From NCBI RefSeq assembly GCF_004010195.1, contig NC_057718.1, forward strand, positions 104,707,946 through 104,727,945: a DNA stretch of 20,000 bases, written 5' to 3'. The first letter of the stretch is position 1; each line of letters begins with the position of its first letter. This document shows positions 19,386 through 20,000 of the stretch, piece after piece. The notes beneath the pieces are model-generated. The model searched no databases. It was not told the DNA's origin and was given only the letters and a program-made list of their open reading frames with translations. The position numbers and the translations under genes are program-made. This stretch comes from Chiloscyllium plagiosum. Taxonomy: Eukaryota.

Positions 19386-19399
19386 GGGGCAGGGGGGAA

Positions 19400-19684
19400 T
19401 AAATAAGGTAGAAACAGGGAGATTGTTTCCACTGACAGGTGGAAACTGGGGAGCATTGCCTCAAAATAAGGGGAGGCAGATTTAGGCCGGAACTGAGGAG
19501 AAACGTCTTCACCCAGAGGGTTGGGAATCTGTGGAATTCCCTGTCCCGGGAAGCATTTGAGGTGACCTTGTTAAATGTTTTTAAGGCAAAGATAGATAGC
19601 TTTTTGAACAGTAAAGGAATGAAGGGTTATGGTAAGAGGGCGGGTAAGTGGAGCTGAGACCATGAAAGGATCAGCCATGATCTT
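19400..19684 (+). mobile_element. CR1 ORF2 C-terminus and partial 3' UTR
   Basis: LKIRGGRFRPELRRNVFTQRVGNLWNSLSREA...FKAKIDSFLNSKGMKGYG. Confidence 0.88.
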
Positions 19685-20000
19685 GGGAGCATAGGCTGTC
19701 AGGGAAGGATGTCATTGAAATGTGGAACTTTTTCAAGGAACAGATACGACGTGTCCTTGATATGTATGTACTTGTCAGGCAGGAAAGAGATGGTCGTGTG
19801 AGGGAAGTATGGTTGACGAGGGAGGTTGAATATCTAGTAAAGAGGAAGAAGGAGGCTGACATAAGGTTGAGGAAACAGGATTCAGACAGAGCGTTGGAGG
19901 GATACAGGATAGCCAGGAGGGAGCTGAAGAAAGGGATTAGGAGAGCTAAGAGAGGGCATGAAAAATCTTTGGCGGGTAGGATCAAGGATAACCCCAAGGC
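19684..20000 (+). mobile_element. 5'-truncated CR1 ORF2 (endonuclease-RT linker region), frame open to the window edge
   Basis: WEHRLSGKDVIEMWNFFKEQIRRVLDMYVLVRQ...WLTREVEYLVKRKKEA...YRIARRELKKGIRRAKRGHEKSLAGRIKDNPK, with no stop in about 105 codons. Confidence 0.88.

Overview
Eukaryotic, repeat-dense intronic or intergenic DNA, most likely from a cartilaginous fish (shark). This is inferred from the HE1/V-SINE-like and shark-type CR1 sequences. There is a 500-N scaffold gap at 2757-3256. I could not identify any host protein-coding gene. The ORF track is explained by decayed non-LTR retroelements (several CR1 subfamilies, a second CR1/L2-group LINE family, L2, Tx1), tRNA-derived SINEs, N-runs and chance ORFs. 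The most interesting signal is a dispersed family of about nine short (~90-220 bp) non-coding elements in two subfamilies. They end in a minimal type-I hammerhead-ribozyme-like motif (CUGANGA-stem II-GAAA-CGUH) of the kind known from Penelope-like elements. One copy (729-820) has an intact core and a perfect 16-bp target-site duplication (TSD), and three occur as fold-back (inverted) structures. Other notable structures are a 51-bp minisatellite inside a V-SINE, a 383-bp tandem duplication of a Tx1 fragment, a 69-bp Tx1 insert with a 17-bp TSD, an unexplained 54-bp near-perfect direct repeat, a tail-to-tail inverted LINE pair, and two weak host-exon/promoter candidates. Family names come from recognition of motifs by eye, not database searches, and boundaries of old elements are approximate.
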